Source of the DNA: an uncultured Gammaproteobacteria bacterium
Lineage (GTDB): Bacteria; Pseudomonadota; Gammaproteobacteria; Chromatiales; Chromatiaceae
DNA length: 64,000 nt
Direction of reading: 5' to 3'
NCBI GenBank assembly: GCA_963797085.1
Contig: CAWCOA010000025.1
Span: 80,065-144,064, forward strand
Positions 30,276 to 41,270 of this stretch are shown here, one piece after another (the first letter of the stretch is position 1; the number at the start of each line of letters is the position of its first letter). The position numbers and the translations under genes were made by a program. The notes beneath the pieces are model-generated. The model was given only the letters and a program-made list of their open reading frames with translations, did not search any database and was not told the DNA's origin.

Positions 30276-31269
30276 TTGGTAATTCAGTCATCGACAATCC
30301 GGTACTGGGCACCTTCATTTCGCGTCTTGGTTGTTTTTAGTTTGACTTTACTGACGCTGTCAGCCTGCAGTAAAAAGGAATCACTCAGTGCTATGGGCTT
30401 ACTGGAGTGGGATCGGGTGGAACTGATAGCCGAGAACAATGAACCGATTCTGGAAATTCTGACGCAAGGCGAGACCCTTAAAGAACTCGCCGTTATTCTG
30501 CAACAGGATTCACGGCGTGTTCAGGCGCAGCTGGATGAGGCGGAAGCAGCAAAAATGCAGGCGCAGTCCCGTCTGTCTGAATTGAAGCCTGGCCCACGTG
30601 AAGAACGCATTGATGAAGCCAAAGCCAAACTGCAATGAGCGCTGAGTGAAGAAGAAAATAGCAGGAAAGAGTTGGCGCGCATGCAATCCCTGTTAGGAAA
30701 ATAGCTGGTCAGTGCCGAAACTGCCGATGCGGCACGCACCCGGCAGAAAAAAGCCACCGCCGATAAAAATGCCGCGCGTGCCGCATTGGAAGAGCTATTG
30801 CACGGCGCTACAGCGGAAGAATTACAACAGGCGGAGGCTGCCGTCGTGCAAGCTGAGGCGCGCGCATTGCACATCACCCTGGAAAATCTGACCTTGCGCG
30901 CACCGAGGGAAGGGGTGCTTGACAGTCTGTCCTATAAGTCTGGTGAGCGCCCGCCAACAGTAGCGGTTATTGCGGTTATGTTGATTGACAGTAAACCCTA
31001 TGCAAGAAGTTTATGTGCCGGAACCCATGCGCGCTAAGGTCCATCAAGGGTCGCAAGCGTTGGTATCAATCGATGGAATCGCCACACCTTTTACCGGCCA
31101 AGTGCGCATGATCAGCAGTGAAGCCGTTTTTACGCACTACTATTCGTTGACAGAACGCGATCGATCAAGGCTGAGTTATCTGGCCGAAGTGGAATTGACT
31201 GATACCGAAACACAGGGATTACCTTAGGGGATTCCGGTCCGTGTGGATTTCCAAGCGATAGCGCAATAA
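30276..31269 (+). pseudogene. HlyD-family periplasmic adaptor, cluster 1: three in-frame stops plus a frameshift
   Basis: A lipoprotein-like N-terminus (LTLLTLSAC) precedes coiled-coil and barrel segments that align with the paralogue at 51122. The gene is interrupted by TGA 30636-30638, TAG 30702-30704 and TAG 31225-31227, plus a frame change at about 30990-31005. Confidence 0.85.
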
Positions 31270-31288
31270 TCACTATTGTGATAAATCA

Positions 31289-32017
31289 ATGAATCCAGAA
31301 AACGCTGTCGAATCCAATAATCTCACCCGGCGCTTTGGCGCATTAACATATACCCCGCAGACGCATTTTTGGATTTCTGGGGCCAAACGGGTCTGGCAAA
31401 TCAACCACGATCCGCATGCTGTGTGGTTTGTTAACACCAACCGAGGGAACAGTGGTCGTATTGAATCACCGCTTACCTGAAGAGGCGGAAGTTCTCAAAC
31501 AAAAAATCGGTTATATGACCCAGCGTTTCTCCCTGTATGAAGACCTCACCATCCACGAGAACCTGAAATTTATTGCGCGGATCTACTGTTTGCCCCGTTT
31601 GCTTCGGCAACAGCGTATTCAAGAGGCCATGAAAACCTAGCGTCTAACCGAGCTTGCTCAACAGTTCGCCGGCACCTTAAGTGGCGGGCAACGGCAACGA
31701 TTGTCCCTGGCCTGCGCTACGCTGCATCACCCGGAACTGTTGCTTTTGGATGAACCAACCAGCGCGGTTGATCCACAAACCCGTCGCGATGACAAGTTGC
31801 GCAGACCATCAAAGGCGCCGACAACATTGTCAGCGTCACTCAATTGGGTGTCCGCTAACGTGTCTTGGTAAACAAACAACAGCACAATCCCCAGAATTAT
31901 GTACAACAACTGTTAAATACTGCATAACTGCAGGCGGTTTGTCAGGTGACGCATCCCAGCCTGGAAGATGTCTTTGTCAGCGTCACCAATAAACAACATA
32001 GAGCGGGTGTGTTGTGA
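31289..32017 (+). pseudogene. ABC transporter ATPase, cluster 1: deletion, nonsense codon and C-terminal deletion
   Basis: MNPENAVESNNLTRRFGA is followed by a short deletion/frame change into IFGFLGPNGSGKSTTIRMLCGLLTPTEG (Walker A)..MTQRFSLYEDLT. After TAG 31638-31640 come [24 protein letters not shown]. The Walker B downstream region is missing, and only the tail THPSLEDVFVSVT survives. Confidence 0.85.
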
Positions 32018-33119
32018 GTTCATGTCTGCCCCGTCTGTTTGCGATCCTTGGCAAGGAAGTGCAACAGCTGCGCAGGGATCGGCTGACGTTTGGCATGATG
32101 TTCGGCATTCCTATGCTGCAGATTCTGTTATTTGGATACGCAATCAACACCGATGTATGGCACTCTTGGATGCCGCCGTGGCAGATCAGGCAGGCACGCA
32201 GTTATCACGTCAGTTAGTTGCAGACATGCAGGCGACACAGGTGCTTGACGTTATACATCATGTCAACACCGGTGAGGAGTTGAAAACTCTTCTGGATGGA
32301 GGTGAGATCAATATTGGTATCCTGATACCAGCTGATTTTGAAAGGCGCTTGCATCAAAAGGAGCGTCGGGCTGCGCAATTGCTGGTCGATGGCAGTGATC
32401 CGATTATTCTGTCGGCCACACAGTCTTTGACAAACATGGGCTTTCAGGTGCGCAGCAGGATAAAACCAGCACAGCAACAAGTGCTGTTTGAGGTGCGAAA
32501 TTATTATAATCCAGAGCGGTGCTCCTCGGTGTTCGTAGTGCCTGGACTGATCGGCGTCATCCTGACCATGACCATGGTGTTGTTTACTGCGGTCGCAATT
32601 GTCAGAGAGCGTGAACGCGGCAACCTGGAGTTACTGATCAACACACCGGTTAAAACAGCAGAACTGATGATTGGAAAAATCATTCCTTATGTTGTGATTG
32701 GACTGATTCAGGTGACGGTCATCATGCTGCTGGGAATGTTTCTGTTCCATGTCCCTGTGGTTGGTCAGGTGCTTGATGTCTACCTGGTGGCGTTAATTTT
32801 CATTGCTGCCAATCTGAGTCTGGGGCTGGTGATCTCCACCCTTGTTCGCAATCAGTTTCAGGCCATGCAAATGACGTTCTTCTTTTTTCTACCCTCAATC
32901 CTGTTGTCGGGCTTCATCTTTCCCTTTGAAGGCATGCCGAAGCTGGCGCAGACTATTGCGGAGATCCTGCCGTTGACACAACTTGTCCGTTTGATACGCG
33001 GCATCATGTTGCGGGGTGCCGAGCTATCGCAGATGACTACGGATATTTATGTGCTACTCGTTTTTACCCTGCTGAGCATGAGTTTTGCCATTCTGCGTTT
33101 CAAAAAACGCCTGGATTAA
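32014..33119 (+). pseudogene. ABC-2 type permease, cluster 1, one frameshift
   Basis: GTG 32014 opens SSCLPRLFAILGKEVQQLRRDRLTFGMMFGIPMLQILLFGYAINTD. The frame changes at about 32150-32165 into ..LLDAAVADQAGTQLSRQLV..AIVRERERGNLELLINTPV..ILRFKKRLD. Confidence 0.85.
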
Positions 33120-33162
33120 TAACGACTCTCTGCAATGGTGAAAAAATGTTGAGATCTCGCAA

Positions 33163-33807
33163 CTAAACGCCACGGTCGAGCCAATGCAAAACGGCCACCA
33201 GCACCAGCGTGCCCGCAAGCAACCAGAGTGGACCGAACAGCCACAGGGTCAACGGTATAGACAGGTAATAGCCACGCATACCCAGTGTATAGTGGATGCC
33301 CCCACGATCGAGAATCTCAGCGACGTCCTTGACCGTAATGCCGGTATTGGCGTTAACCGGAAGGTTGATCATAAACCCGGTATGATTAAAGTAACGCACG
33401 GCAAGCGTGAAGTTGAAAAATGCAAACAGGAAATCCACCCCCAGCAGGATCAACTTGCCCAGCCAAAGCCCCGGGTGGTCACTGCTGAAATGACTGATTA
33501 ACAACGAAAGCTCTCCCTGTTTATCTGCGGTTACTGCGAGATTGAAAATACCCAGGCCGATGAGAATTGCAGTGGAAGCCAGAAAGGTTGCCGCCATAGT
33601 CCAGTTGCGCAGGGTCTGGACCGCGAGGATGTCTTTCCCGCCCGTGATGATGGCCTGCACCCACAGGCCACGTGTGCGGTGCGCCAGCCCCAGGGAAGTG
33701 CTCAAAGGGTCGCTGCGTATTTTTCGGTAGAGGTAGACATGATACAAAACCAGCAAAAGCAGTGCCGCCGGACTCAGGCCAAACTCAAAATGGCGCAAGA
33801 TTTCCAT
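33163..33807 (-). CDS. DUF599-family membrane protein
   Basis: The 214-aa ORF has four hydrophobic segments and the pattern ..RNWTMAATFLASTAILIGLG..FFNFTLAVRYFNH.., which I associate with DUF599. It is intact. Confidence 0.55.
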   Translation of the reverse strand: MEILRHFEFGLSPAALLLLVLYHVYLYRKIRSDPLSTSLGLAHRTRGLWVQAIITGGKDILAVQTLRNWTMAATFLASTAILIGLGIFNLAVTADKQGELSLLISHFSSDHPGLWLGKLILLGVDFLFAFFNFTLAVRYFNHTGFMINLPVNANTGITVKDVAEILDRGGIHYTLGMRGYYLSIPLTLWLFGPLWLLAGTLVLVAVLHWLDRGV

Positions 33808-34139
33808 GTAACTTTTTCCTGCCTAGCCGGATCTGAAGTACATCCGCCGGTAGCTGCCAGTATCTGATCCTGCTATGTCTATACGTAATTAGCGGTGTGA
33901 TGTGTGATGATAGGGTTGCGAGGCACACTGACAACGCAAATTTTTGGTCGCTAAGTTTGGCACGCTTGACTCTGTGCCGCAATGATCCACTGCTTCCCGC
34001 CAGGGTAATCAGCACCATGGTTTCGCCCAATCTGAACCAGGTGATGAGTCCCGCCAGACAGAGCAGGTTGCACGCACTAAGCAGCGGATAACCGTCACAG
34101 ATTCATGCAATGAGCCAGCGCAGGTGGAATTTAAACAAC

Positions 34140-35027
34140 TCACTTGTCACGGGAGTCTGTCTGCATCAGCTGTTCGCGAATCGACAGCAACTCCTGCCGG
34201 CGCTTCTCATCCGTTTCCGGGTAGCGCATTTTGAGCGCCTTGAACGTATCGAGAATAATCCTTGAAATAATCAGCCGGGCGTTCTTTTTGTCATCCGCAG
34301 GAACCACATACCAGGGTGCATTTTTTGTACTCGTTGCTCTCAGGCACGACGCATAGGCGTGCATGTACTGTTTCCAGAATTTGCGTTCTTCAATGTCGGC
34401 CAGACTGAATTTCCAGTTTTTATCCGGCTCATCAATACGGTCAAGAAAACGCTTGCGTTGTTCTTCTTTCGAAAGGTGCAGAAAGAACTTAATGATACGC
34501 GTGCCGTTGCGATAGAGATGTTTCTCCAGGTCAATGATCGAGCGATATCGGTCCTGCCAGATCGTTTTCTCATCGACCAAACCCTCCGGCAATCCCTGAC
34601 TGTAGAGAATTTCCGGATGCACGCGAACGATCAGCACCTCCTCATAGTAGGAGCGGTTGAAGATGCCGATGCGCCCGCGTTCGGGAAGACACTGGGACGT
34701 ACGCCACAGAAAATCGTGTTCCAGTTCGGTCGCGCTTGGATGCTTGAAACTAAACACCTGGCAACCCTGGGGATTGACGCCTGACATCACGTGTCGAATG
34801 GCCCCGTCTTTCCCGGCCGCATCCATAGCCTGAAAGATCAGCAACACCGCATGGCGATTGGACGCGTAGTGCAGGTGCTGCAACTCGCTTAGCTCTTTAA
34901 CCTGCACTTCGAGCATTTTATGATAGTGCGATTTCGACTTGTATACAGGATCGACCCGAGTCGGCCATTTTTTGAGATCAACCTTTTCGCCTTCCGGTAC
35001 GCGAAAATCCTTCGATTTTTTTGTCAT
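34140..35027 (-). CDS. ppk2: polyphosphate kinase 2 family protein
   Basis: [48 protein letters not shown] (Walker A-like and lid motifs of PPK2); 295 aa. Confidence 0.9.
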   Translation of the reverse strand: MTKKSKDFRVPEGEKVDLKKWPTRVDPVYKSKSHYHKMLEVQVKELSELQHLHYASNRHAVLLIFQAMDAAGKDGAIRHVMSGVNPQGCQVFSFKHPSATELEHDFLWRTSQCLPERGRIGIFNRSYYEEVLIVRVHPEILYSQGLPEGLVDEKTIWQDRYRSIIDLEKHLYRNGTRIIKFFLHLSKEEQRKRFLDRIDEPDKNWKFSLADIEERKFWKQYMHAYASCLRATSTKNAPWYVVPADDKKNARLIISRIILDTFKALKMRYPETDEKRRQELLSIREQLMQTDSRDK

Positions 35028-35461
35028 CTATATCTCTCCAATATCACGCACTGTGTATGTTGTTTTTTCCGGTTCTCACGTTCCGCCTGGAGCCAATCCT
35101 GCTCCGCATTGGCCGCCAATGCCAGTATCACCTGGGGCGCATCCTTGGTCACCTTAAACACCTTGATATCCTCGACCTTGACGGCGGCCTCGGTGCGTAA
35201 GTTGACCGGATCGACCGGCTGGAAATACACTATTTGGTAGTCTCTCAAGGCCTGATCATCTTTCAGGCCGCGCAGTACGGCCAGGTTAGAGAAGCGACCA
35301 GGGCCACCAGCAGGCAGCTTGATATACCGGTAATTAACATAGCTCAAGACCGCCGCAAGCGAAATCAGGATGCTGACCAGAGGGAAAAGTTCAAGACGCC
35401 GCCGGGTATTTCCCGCGATCCTGTCCACCAAGGTTCCCGAGAAATTCGCAAACTTTCGCAC
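35024..35461 (-). CDS. hypothetical protein; N-terminus resembles a CPA1 Na+/H+ antiporter (possible deletion remnant)
   Basis: ..[28 protein letters not shown] resembles NhaP-type N-termini (..YVNYRFIGLP..). The remaining roughly 95 aa are hydrophilic and unrecognisable. ATGA overlap with ppk2. Confidence 0.35.
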   Translation of the reverse strand: MRKFANFSGTLVDRIAGNTRRRLELFPLVSILISLAAVLSYVNYRYIKLPAGGPGRFSNLAVLRGLKDDQALRDYQIVYFQPVDPVNLRTEAAVKVEDIKVFKVTKDAPQVILALAANAEQDWLQAERENRKKQHTQCVILERYR

Positions 35462-35511
35462 AACCCTTCATTTGCAATAATCCCTCAATCAGTCACCGCG
35501 CCATCGTCCCG

Positions 35512-37902
35512 TCATCCTTGCCATTTCCAGTCGCGGATTTCCGGCATATCTTCGCCGTGTTTATCGATATAGGCCTTGTGATCGAGCAGTTTGTCGCGCA
35601 GATACTGTTTGGCATAGGCAGCACGTGATCCCAAACTCGGCACACGGTCGATCACATCACCGGCCAGGTGGAAGCGGTCGAGATCATTCAATACCGCCAT
35701 ATCGAAGGGGGTGGTAGTGGTGCCGTTTTCCTTGTAACCGCGCACATGCAGATTTCTATGATTGGTGCGGCGGTAGGCCAGACGATGGATCAACCAGGGA
35801 TAACCATGATAGGCAAAGATGATCGGCTTATCTTTGGTAAACAACACATCAAAGTCTTTGTCGGTAATGCCGTGCGGGTGCTCGCTCTGCGGCTGCAGGG
35901 TCATCAAGTCCACGACATTGATGACGCGGATCTTCAAATCCGGGAACTGCTGGCGCAGCAGCTTCACTGCCGCCAGCGTCTCCAGTGTCGGCACATCGCC
36001 GCAGCAGGCCATGACCACATCGGGATCACCTCCCTCGTCGTTGCTGGCCCATTTCCAGATACCCAGCCCGGCGGTGCAGTGTTTGATTGCCGCCTCCATG
36101 TCCAGCCATTGCAGTTCAGGCTGCTTACCCGCCACGATGACATTGATGTCATTGTGGCTGCGCAGGCAATGGTCGGTTACCGATAGCAGGGTATTTGCAT
36201 CAGGCGGCAAATAGACGCGTATGATTTCCGCCTTCTTGTTCACCACCAGGTCGATGAAACCGGGGTCCTGATGACTGAAGCCGTTGTGGTCCTGACGCCA
36301 GACGTGAGATGACAACAAATAATTCAACGAGGCAATGGGCCGACGCCATTCAATGTCCCGTGTCACATCCAGCCACTTGGCGTGCTGGTTGAACATCGAA
36401 TCAACAATGTGGATAAAGGCTTCATAGCAGGAGAAAAAGCCATGGCGTCCGGTCAGCAGATAACCTTCGAGCCAGCCCTGACACTGGTGCTCACTCAACA
36501 TCTCCATTACCCGGCCATCGGGCGCTACATGCTCGTCGCCGGGAAGTATTTCTGCCGTCGAGCATCGGTTGGTCACGTCGAACAGCGCACCCCAGCGGTT
36601 CGAAGCGGTTTCGTCCGGACTGAAAATGCGGAAGTTGCGCGCCTTGGCATTGAGCTTCATCACATCGCGTATGAATTCACCCTGCGCACGCGTCGCTTCG
36701 GCATCAACCTCGCCAGGGTTTGGCACCTTGACCGCATAATCGCGAAAGTCCGGCATGCGCAAATCACGCAACAACTTGCCGCCATTGGCATGCGGATTGG
36801 CGCCCATGCGCCGCTCACCTACTGGCGCCAGTTCGGCCAGTTCTGCTATCAGTCTGCCGGCATCATCAAATAATTCTTCGGGGCGGTAAGACTTCATCCA
36901 TTGTTCAAGGATTTTTAAATGCTTTGGCTGTTTAATAAAATTGGTGACCGGCACCTGGTGTGCGCGAAAGGTATCTTCGATCGCTTTGCCATCGACAGAT
37001 TCCGGGCCAGTCCAGCCCTTCGGTGAACGCAGGATAATCATCGGCCAGCGCGGACGTTCAGTGAAACCCTTACTGCGTGCATCGCGCTGGATACGTTGGA
37101 TCGCGGCGACCACCGTATCGAGTGTCTCTGCCATGCGCTGATGCATGGTATCTGGGTCATCGCCCTCGACGAAATACGGCGTGTAACCGTAGCCGCGGAA
37201 CAGCGCTTCCAGTTCATCATGAGGTATGCGCGCCAGCACCGTAGGGCCGGCGATTTTATAGCCGTTCAAATGCAGAATCGGCAACACGGCGCCATCATGC
37301 ACCGGGTTGAGGAATTTATTCGAATGCCAGCTGGTGGCCATAGGGCCGGTTTCGGCCTCACCATCACCCACCACGCAGGCCACTAGCAAATCAGGATTAT
37401 CGAACGCGGCGCCATAAGCGTGCGACAGGGCATAGCCCAGTTCACCGCCTTCGTTGATGGAGCCCGGTGTTTCCGGTGCGACGTGGCTGGGGATACCGCC
37501 GGGAAAAGAAAACTGGGTAAATAGCTTTTTCATCCCCGCCTCGTCCTGGGAAATATTCGGATATACCTCGCTGTACGTGCCCTCCAGATAGGTGTTGGCC
37601 ACCAGACCCGGTCCGCCATGGCCGGGACCGGTGACATTCACAATACTCAGGTCATATTGCCGGATGATCCGGTTAAGGTGGACATAAATAAAATTCAAGC
37701 CTGGCGTGGTCCCCCAGTGCCCCAGTAAACGCGGCTTGATATGTTCAAGCTTCAAGGTTTTTTTGAGCAGTGGATTGTCATACAGATAAATCTGCCCCAC
37801 CGACAGATAGTTGGCGGCCCGCCAGTAGGCGTCCATCTTGCGCAGCAACTCCGGCGACAGTGGTGTGTCTTTGAGCTTAGGTGTTTTTTTCTTACTGACC
37901 AT
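35512..37902 (-). CDS. xfp: phosphoketolase (xylulose-5-P / fructose-6-P)
   Basis: Uninterrupted 796-aa ORF with [44 protein letters not shown] and HQDPGF, the hallmark Xfp sequence blocks. Confidence 0.95.
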   Translation of the reverse strand: MVSKKKTPKLKDTPLSPELLRKMDAYWRAANYLSVGQIYLYDNPLLKKTLKLEHIKPRLLGHWGTTPGLNFIYVHLNRIIRQYDLSIVNVTGPGHGGPGLVANTYLEGTYSEVYPNISQDEAGMKKLFTQFSFPGGIPSHVAPETPGSINEGGELGYALSHAYGAAFDNPDLLVACVVGDGEAETGPMATSWHSNKFLNPVHDGAVLPILHLNGYKIAGPTVLARIPHDELEALFRGYGYTPYFVEGDDPDTMHQRMAETLDTVVAAIQRIQRDARSKGFTERPRWPMIILRSPKGWTGPESVDGKAIEDTFRAHQVPVTNFIKQPKHLKILEQWMKSYRPEELFDDAGRLIAELAELAPVGERRMGANPHANGGKLLRDLRMPDFRDYAVKVPNPGEVDAEATRAQGEFIRDVMKLNAKARNFRIFSPDETASNRWGALFDVTNRCSTAEILPGDEHVAPDGRVMEMLSEHQCQGWLEGYLLTGRHGFFSCYEAFIHIVDSMFNQHAKWLDVTRDIEWRRPIASLNYLLSSHVWRQDHNGFSHQDPGFIDLVVNKKAEIIRVYLPPDANTLLSVTDHCLRSHNDINVIVAGKQPELQWLDMEAAIKHCTAGLGIWKWASNDEGGDPDVVMACCGDVPTLETLAAVKLLRQQFPDLKIRVINVVDLMTLQPQSEHPHGITDKDFDVLFTKDKPIIFAYHGYPWLIHRLAYRRTNHRNLHVRGYKENGTTTTPFDMAVLNDLDRFHLAGDVIDRVPSLGSRAAYAKQYLRDKLLDHKAYIDKHGEDMPEIRDWKWQG

Positions 37903-37906
37903 GTGC

Positions 37907-39109
37907 TTATACCTTTTCCATTGGAATATTTAAAATGCGGCAGACCGATTTCGCGATCATCACTTCCTCATCTGTATGCATGACGCGGACAGCGACTCGA
38001 ATGGCCTCTTTGGAAATCATACCCTCATTCGCTGTGTTTCGATTTTCATCGAGCTCGATTCCAAGAAATCCCAGCCCATTGCATATCCGGGCGCGGACCA
38101 TGGGGGCGTTTTCTCCGATTCCGCCCGTGAACACCAGCGTGTCCAATCCACCCAATGCCGCCGCGTATGCGCCGATCCATTTCTTGACCTGATAGCAAAA
38201 CAGCGCTACCGCTTCCGCCGCCCGCACGTCCTGCGATTCTCGGTCGAGCAGGTCGCGCATGTCGGAACTGGTTTCCGACATACCGAGCAGCCCGGACTGG
38301 GAATTGACCATCTCGTTGAATTGCTTCGCGCTCAGATTTTCCATGCGCGCCAGATACCAAACCAGCCCGGGATCGAGATCACCGGAGCGGGTGCTCATGG
38401 GCACGCCCGCGGCCGGGGTAAAACCCATGCTGGTGTCCACGGGTCTGCCCTGATGCACCGCCGCCAGACTTGCGCCATTGCCCAGGTGGGCGAGGATGAT
38501 CCGGCCCTGCGCCGCTTCCGCTCCGCCAGACGGGCCAGTTCATCCATCAGAAACGCATACGACAGGCCATGAAACCCATAGCGCCGCACCCCTTGCGCCT
38601 CGTAACGGCGCGGGATTGGCAACATCCGCGCCACGCGCGGCAGGTCGTGATGAAAAGCCGTGTCGAAACAGGCTACCTGGGGCAGCTCCGGATAGCGCTT
38701 TTGCAATGTCTCAATCAAGCGGATTTCCTCCGGCAGGTGCTCGGGATCGAACGGGCTGAGTCGGCGCAGTTCCTCGACCATTTCCGCCGTGATGTGCTCC
38801 GGCTCAGAGTAATTCGGCCCACCGTGCACCACGCGATGCCCCACTGCGGTCAATGCATCACCTCCGAGGCGTTGCTCGATCCAATCCAGCAGAACGCCTA
38901 CCGCCAGCGCTGTGATCCGGCGCTGTCACCGGCCGCGAAAAGCTCTCCGCCGGTTTCAACTCTTTCACCCGCATTATGGCCTCCGGCAGCCCAATCCGTT
39001 CAATCCCGCCCTGCAGAATCCGTCGCAGAGAGTCACCCGCTTCGAACATCGCGAACTTGATGCTCGACGAGCCGCCGTTGATGGTCAGGATGCGTGGCTT
39101 AAGGTTCAT
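37907..39109 (-). pseudogene. ackA: acetate kinase with two frameshifts
   Basis: ILTINGGSSSIKFAMFE..VTAPDH | ALAVGVLLDWIEQRLGGDALTAVGHRVVHGG..FDTAFHH..GFHGLSYAFLMDELARLA | GGAEAAQGRIILAHLGNGASLAAVHQGRPVDTSMGFTP..VFTGGIGEN. The indels are near 38925 and 38518. Confidence 0.9.
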
Positions 39110-39130
39110 GGATGATGCCTGCCATTTCGC

Positions 39131-41266
39131 TCATCGCAGCAGCAGGATGGCGCTTGAGCGGGGAGCGAGACGGTAGTTATGCTGATCTTCGCAAAGCGGC
39201 TCTTCGCCCGGCTCATACAAATCCCCTGGCGCTTCGCGCGAGGTATCCACAGCCAGGTGCCAACTGCCCCGCGGCGCGGTGGGCAAACTGAAATCCACCG
39301 TATCGACACCGGCATTGAACATCAGGAAAAGTGCGCCCCCTTCATCCTCGTGAATCAGGCAGGCCAACTGTCTTGCTTGCGGGTCTGTCCAGTTGGGCAA
39401 ACCACCCTGCGGGCCAAACCAATGGATCTCGGCGTCCGTATAAAACTGCTCCTTGCTCAGGATCGGATGGGTGCGACGCAAGGCGATCATGCCGCGGGTG
39501 AAACGGAAAATTTCCCGATGCTGCTCCAGCAAGCGCCAGTCATACCAGCTCGTTTCATTGTCCTGGCAGTAGGCGTTGTTGTTACCGGCTTGGGTGCGGC
39601 GAAATTCATCTCCGCCGAGCAACATCGGCACCCCGCGCGAAATCAACAGCGTCAGCAGGAAGTTCTTGATCTGACATCTCCTCACTGCCTCGATACCGGC
39701 ATCCGTCGTCGCGCCTTCGACACCGTAGTTGTCGCTGTAGTTGGCGTCGGTTCCGTCGTGATTGTTTTCACCGTTGGCTTGATTGTGCTTGCACCGATAG
39801 CTCACCAGATCGTTCAGCGTGAAGCCATCGTGGCAGGTAATGAAATTGATGCTGCCATCGGGGCCTTTGCCCGATGTGGTGTAAATGTCGGCACTGCCGC
39901 AGATGCGGTTGGCGAACAAACCGAGCATGCCCTCATCGCCGCGCCAGAAACGCCGGACATCATCCCGGTAGCGACCGTTCCATTCCGCCCAGCGCCGCTC
40001 TGAAAAGCTGCCCACCTGGTAGGCGCCGGCGGCATCCCACGCCTCCGCGATAATCTTCACGTCTCTCAGTATCGGATCCTCGGCGATCCGTTCGAGCAAC
40101 GGGGCATCAGCCAGCAGCTGGCCGCTTTCATCCCGGCCGAGAATCGTCGCCAGGTCGAAACGGAAACCATCCACATGCATCTCCACCACCCAGTGACGCA
40201 ACGCATCCAGAATGAAATCCCGCACCACCGGATGGTCGGCATTAATGGTATTGCCGGTGCCCGCATAGTCCCGGTAATAGCGTTTGTCCGGCTCCAGCAG
40301 GTAGAAAATCGCGTTATCAATTCCGCGGAGAGACAAGGTGGGTCCCCGTTCGTTTCCCTCTGCCGTGTGATTGAACACCACATCCAGGATCACTTCGATA
40401 CCGGCATGATGGAGCGCCCGCACCATCTCTTTGAACTCCAGCTTCTGCTGCCCCCGACCGCCCGCACTGCTGTAGGAGGCTTTCGGCGCAAAGAAGGAGA
40501 CGGGATCGTAGCCCCAGAAATTTGTCAACGGCTTTCCGGATTGCGGATTGATAACCGGCGCCTGGCATTCGTTGAACTCGTATACAGGCATCAATTCCAC
40601 CGCCGTCACCCCCAGTTCCTGCAAATAGGGGATCTTTTCCATCAGGCCGCGGTAGGTCCCGGGATGCGTCACGCCGGCGTTGGGATGAACAGTGAAACCA
40701 CGGATATGGAGTTCGTAAATGACCGTCTTCGACCAGGGATGTCTGAGCGGCAGGTCGTCCTGCCAATGGAAATATTCATGGGTGAAGACACATTTCGGCA
40801 TGTCGTCGGCATCGTCCAGCGTGGAAGGAACCAGATCTTGTTCCGCCGCCGGATCGTATCCGCAGGCCGGCCCGAAATCCCAGTGGGGTATCCGTGAGAT
40901 CGCCGTCGCAAAGGGATCCAGCAGCAGCTTGTGGAAATTGAAACGATGGCCGTCCCGGGGTTGATAGGGGCCGTCCACGCGATACGCATACAACTGGCCA
41001 GAGCGTATCCCCTCGATCCAAACATGCCACACGTCCCCTGTGCGGTTGCGCAGCGGATCCAAATCAACAACCCTCGCCGGCGTCAGGTCCAGCGGTTGAT
41101 CAAACAACTCCAACCGAACCCGGCTGGCGTGACGACTGAACAAGGCAAAGTTGACTCCCTTGCCATATTCATGGGTTCCCAACGGCAAAGGAAAACCCCG
41201 CCGCTCGTCAGTGTGTTCGGAGACTGCGGCGACATAGTCATGCAACGGGCGTGCAGGGGTATTCAT
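39131..41266 (-). CDS. glgX: glycogen debranching enzyme (GH13)
   Basis: VIYELHIRGFT, NFWGYDP, VILDVVFNHTAEG, DGFRFDLATILGR, IAEAWDA and FITCHDGFTLNDLVSY; 711 aa, uninterrupted. Confidence 0.92.
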   Translation of the reverse strand: MNTPARPLHDYVAAVSEHTDERRGFPLPLGTHEYGKGVNFALFSRHASRVRLELFDQPLDLTPARVVDLDPLRNRTGDVWHVWIEGIRSGQLYAYRVDGPYQPRDGHRFNFHKLLLDPFATAISRIPHWDFGPACGYDPAAEQDLVPSTLDDADDMPKCVFTHEYFHWQDDLPLRHPWSKTVIYELHIRGFTVHPNAGVTHPGTYRGLMEKIPYLQELGVTAVELMPVYEFNECQAPVINPQSGKPLTNFWGYDPVSFFAPKASYSSAGGRGQQKLEFKEMVRALHHAGIEVILDVVFNHTAEGNERGPTLSLRGIDNAIFYLLEPDKRYYRDYAGTGNTINADHPVVRDFILDALRHWVVEMHVDGFRFDLATILGRDESGQLLADAPLLERIAEDPILRDVKIIAEAWDAAGAYQVGSFSERRWAEWNGRYRDDVRRFWRGDEGMLGLFANRICGSADIYTTSGKGPDGSINFITCHDGFTLNDLVSYRCKHNQANGENNHDGTDANYSDNYGVEGATTDAGIEAVRRCQIKNFLLTLLISRGVPMLLGGDEFRRTQAGNNNAYCQDNETSWYDWRLLEQHREIFRFTRGMIALRRTHPILSKEQFYTDAEIHWFGPQGGLPNWTDPQARQLACLIHEDEGGALFLMFNAGVDTVDFSLPTAPRGSWHLAVDTSREAPGDLYEPGEEPLCEDQHNYRLAPRSSAILLLR

Positions 41267-41270
41267 GTTT

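Noticed and set aside
39179-40003. 274-aa ORF on the + strand
   Set aside because: It is antisense to glgX and has no motifs. The same reasoning applies to 43971-44822 and 45238-45855 (antisense to tkt), 14057-14689 (antisense to zwf), 7321-7920 (antisense to tyrA) and 35668-36873 (antisense to xfp).
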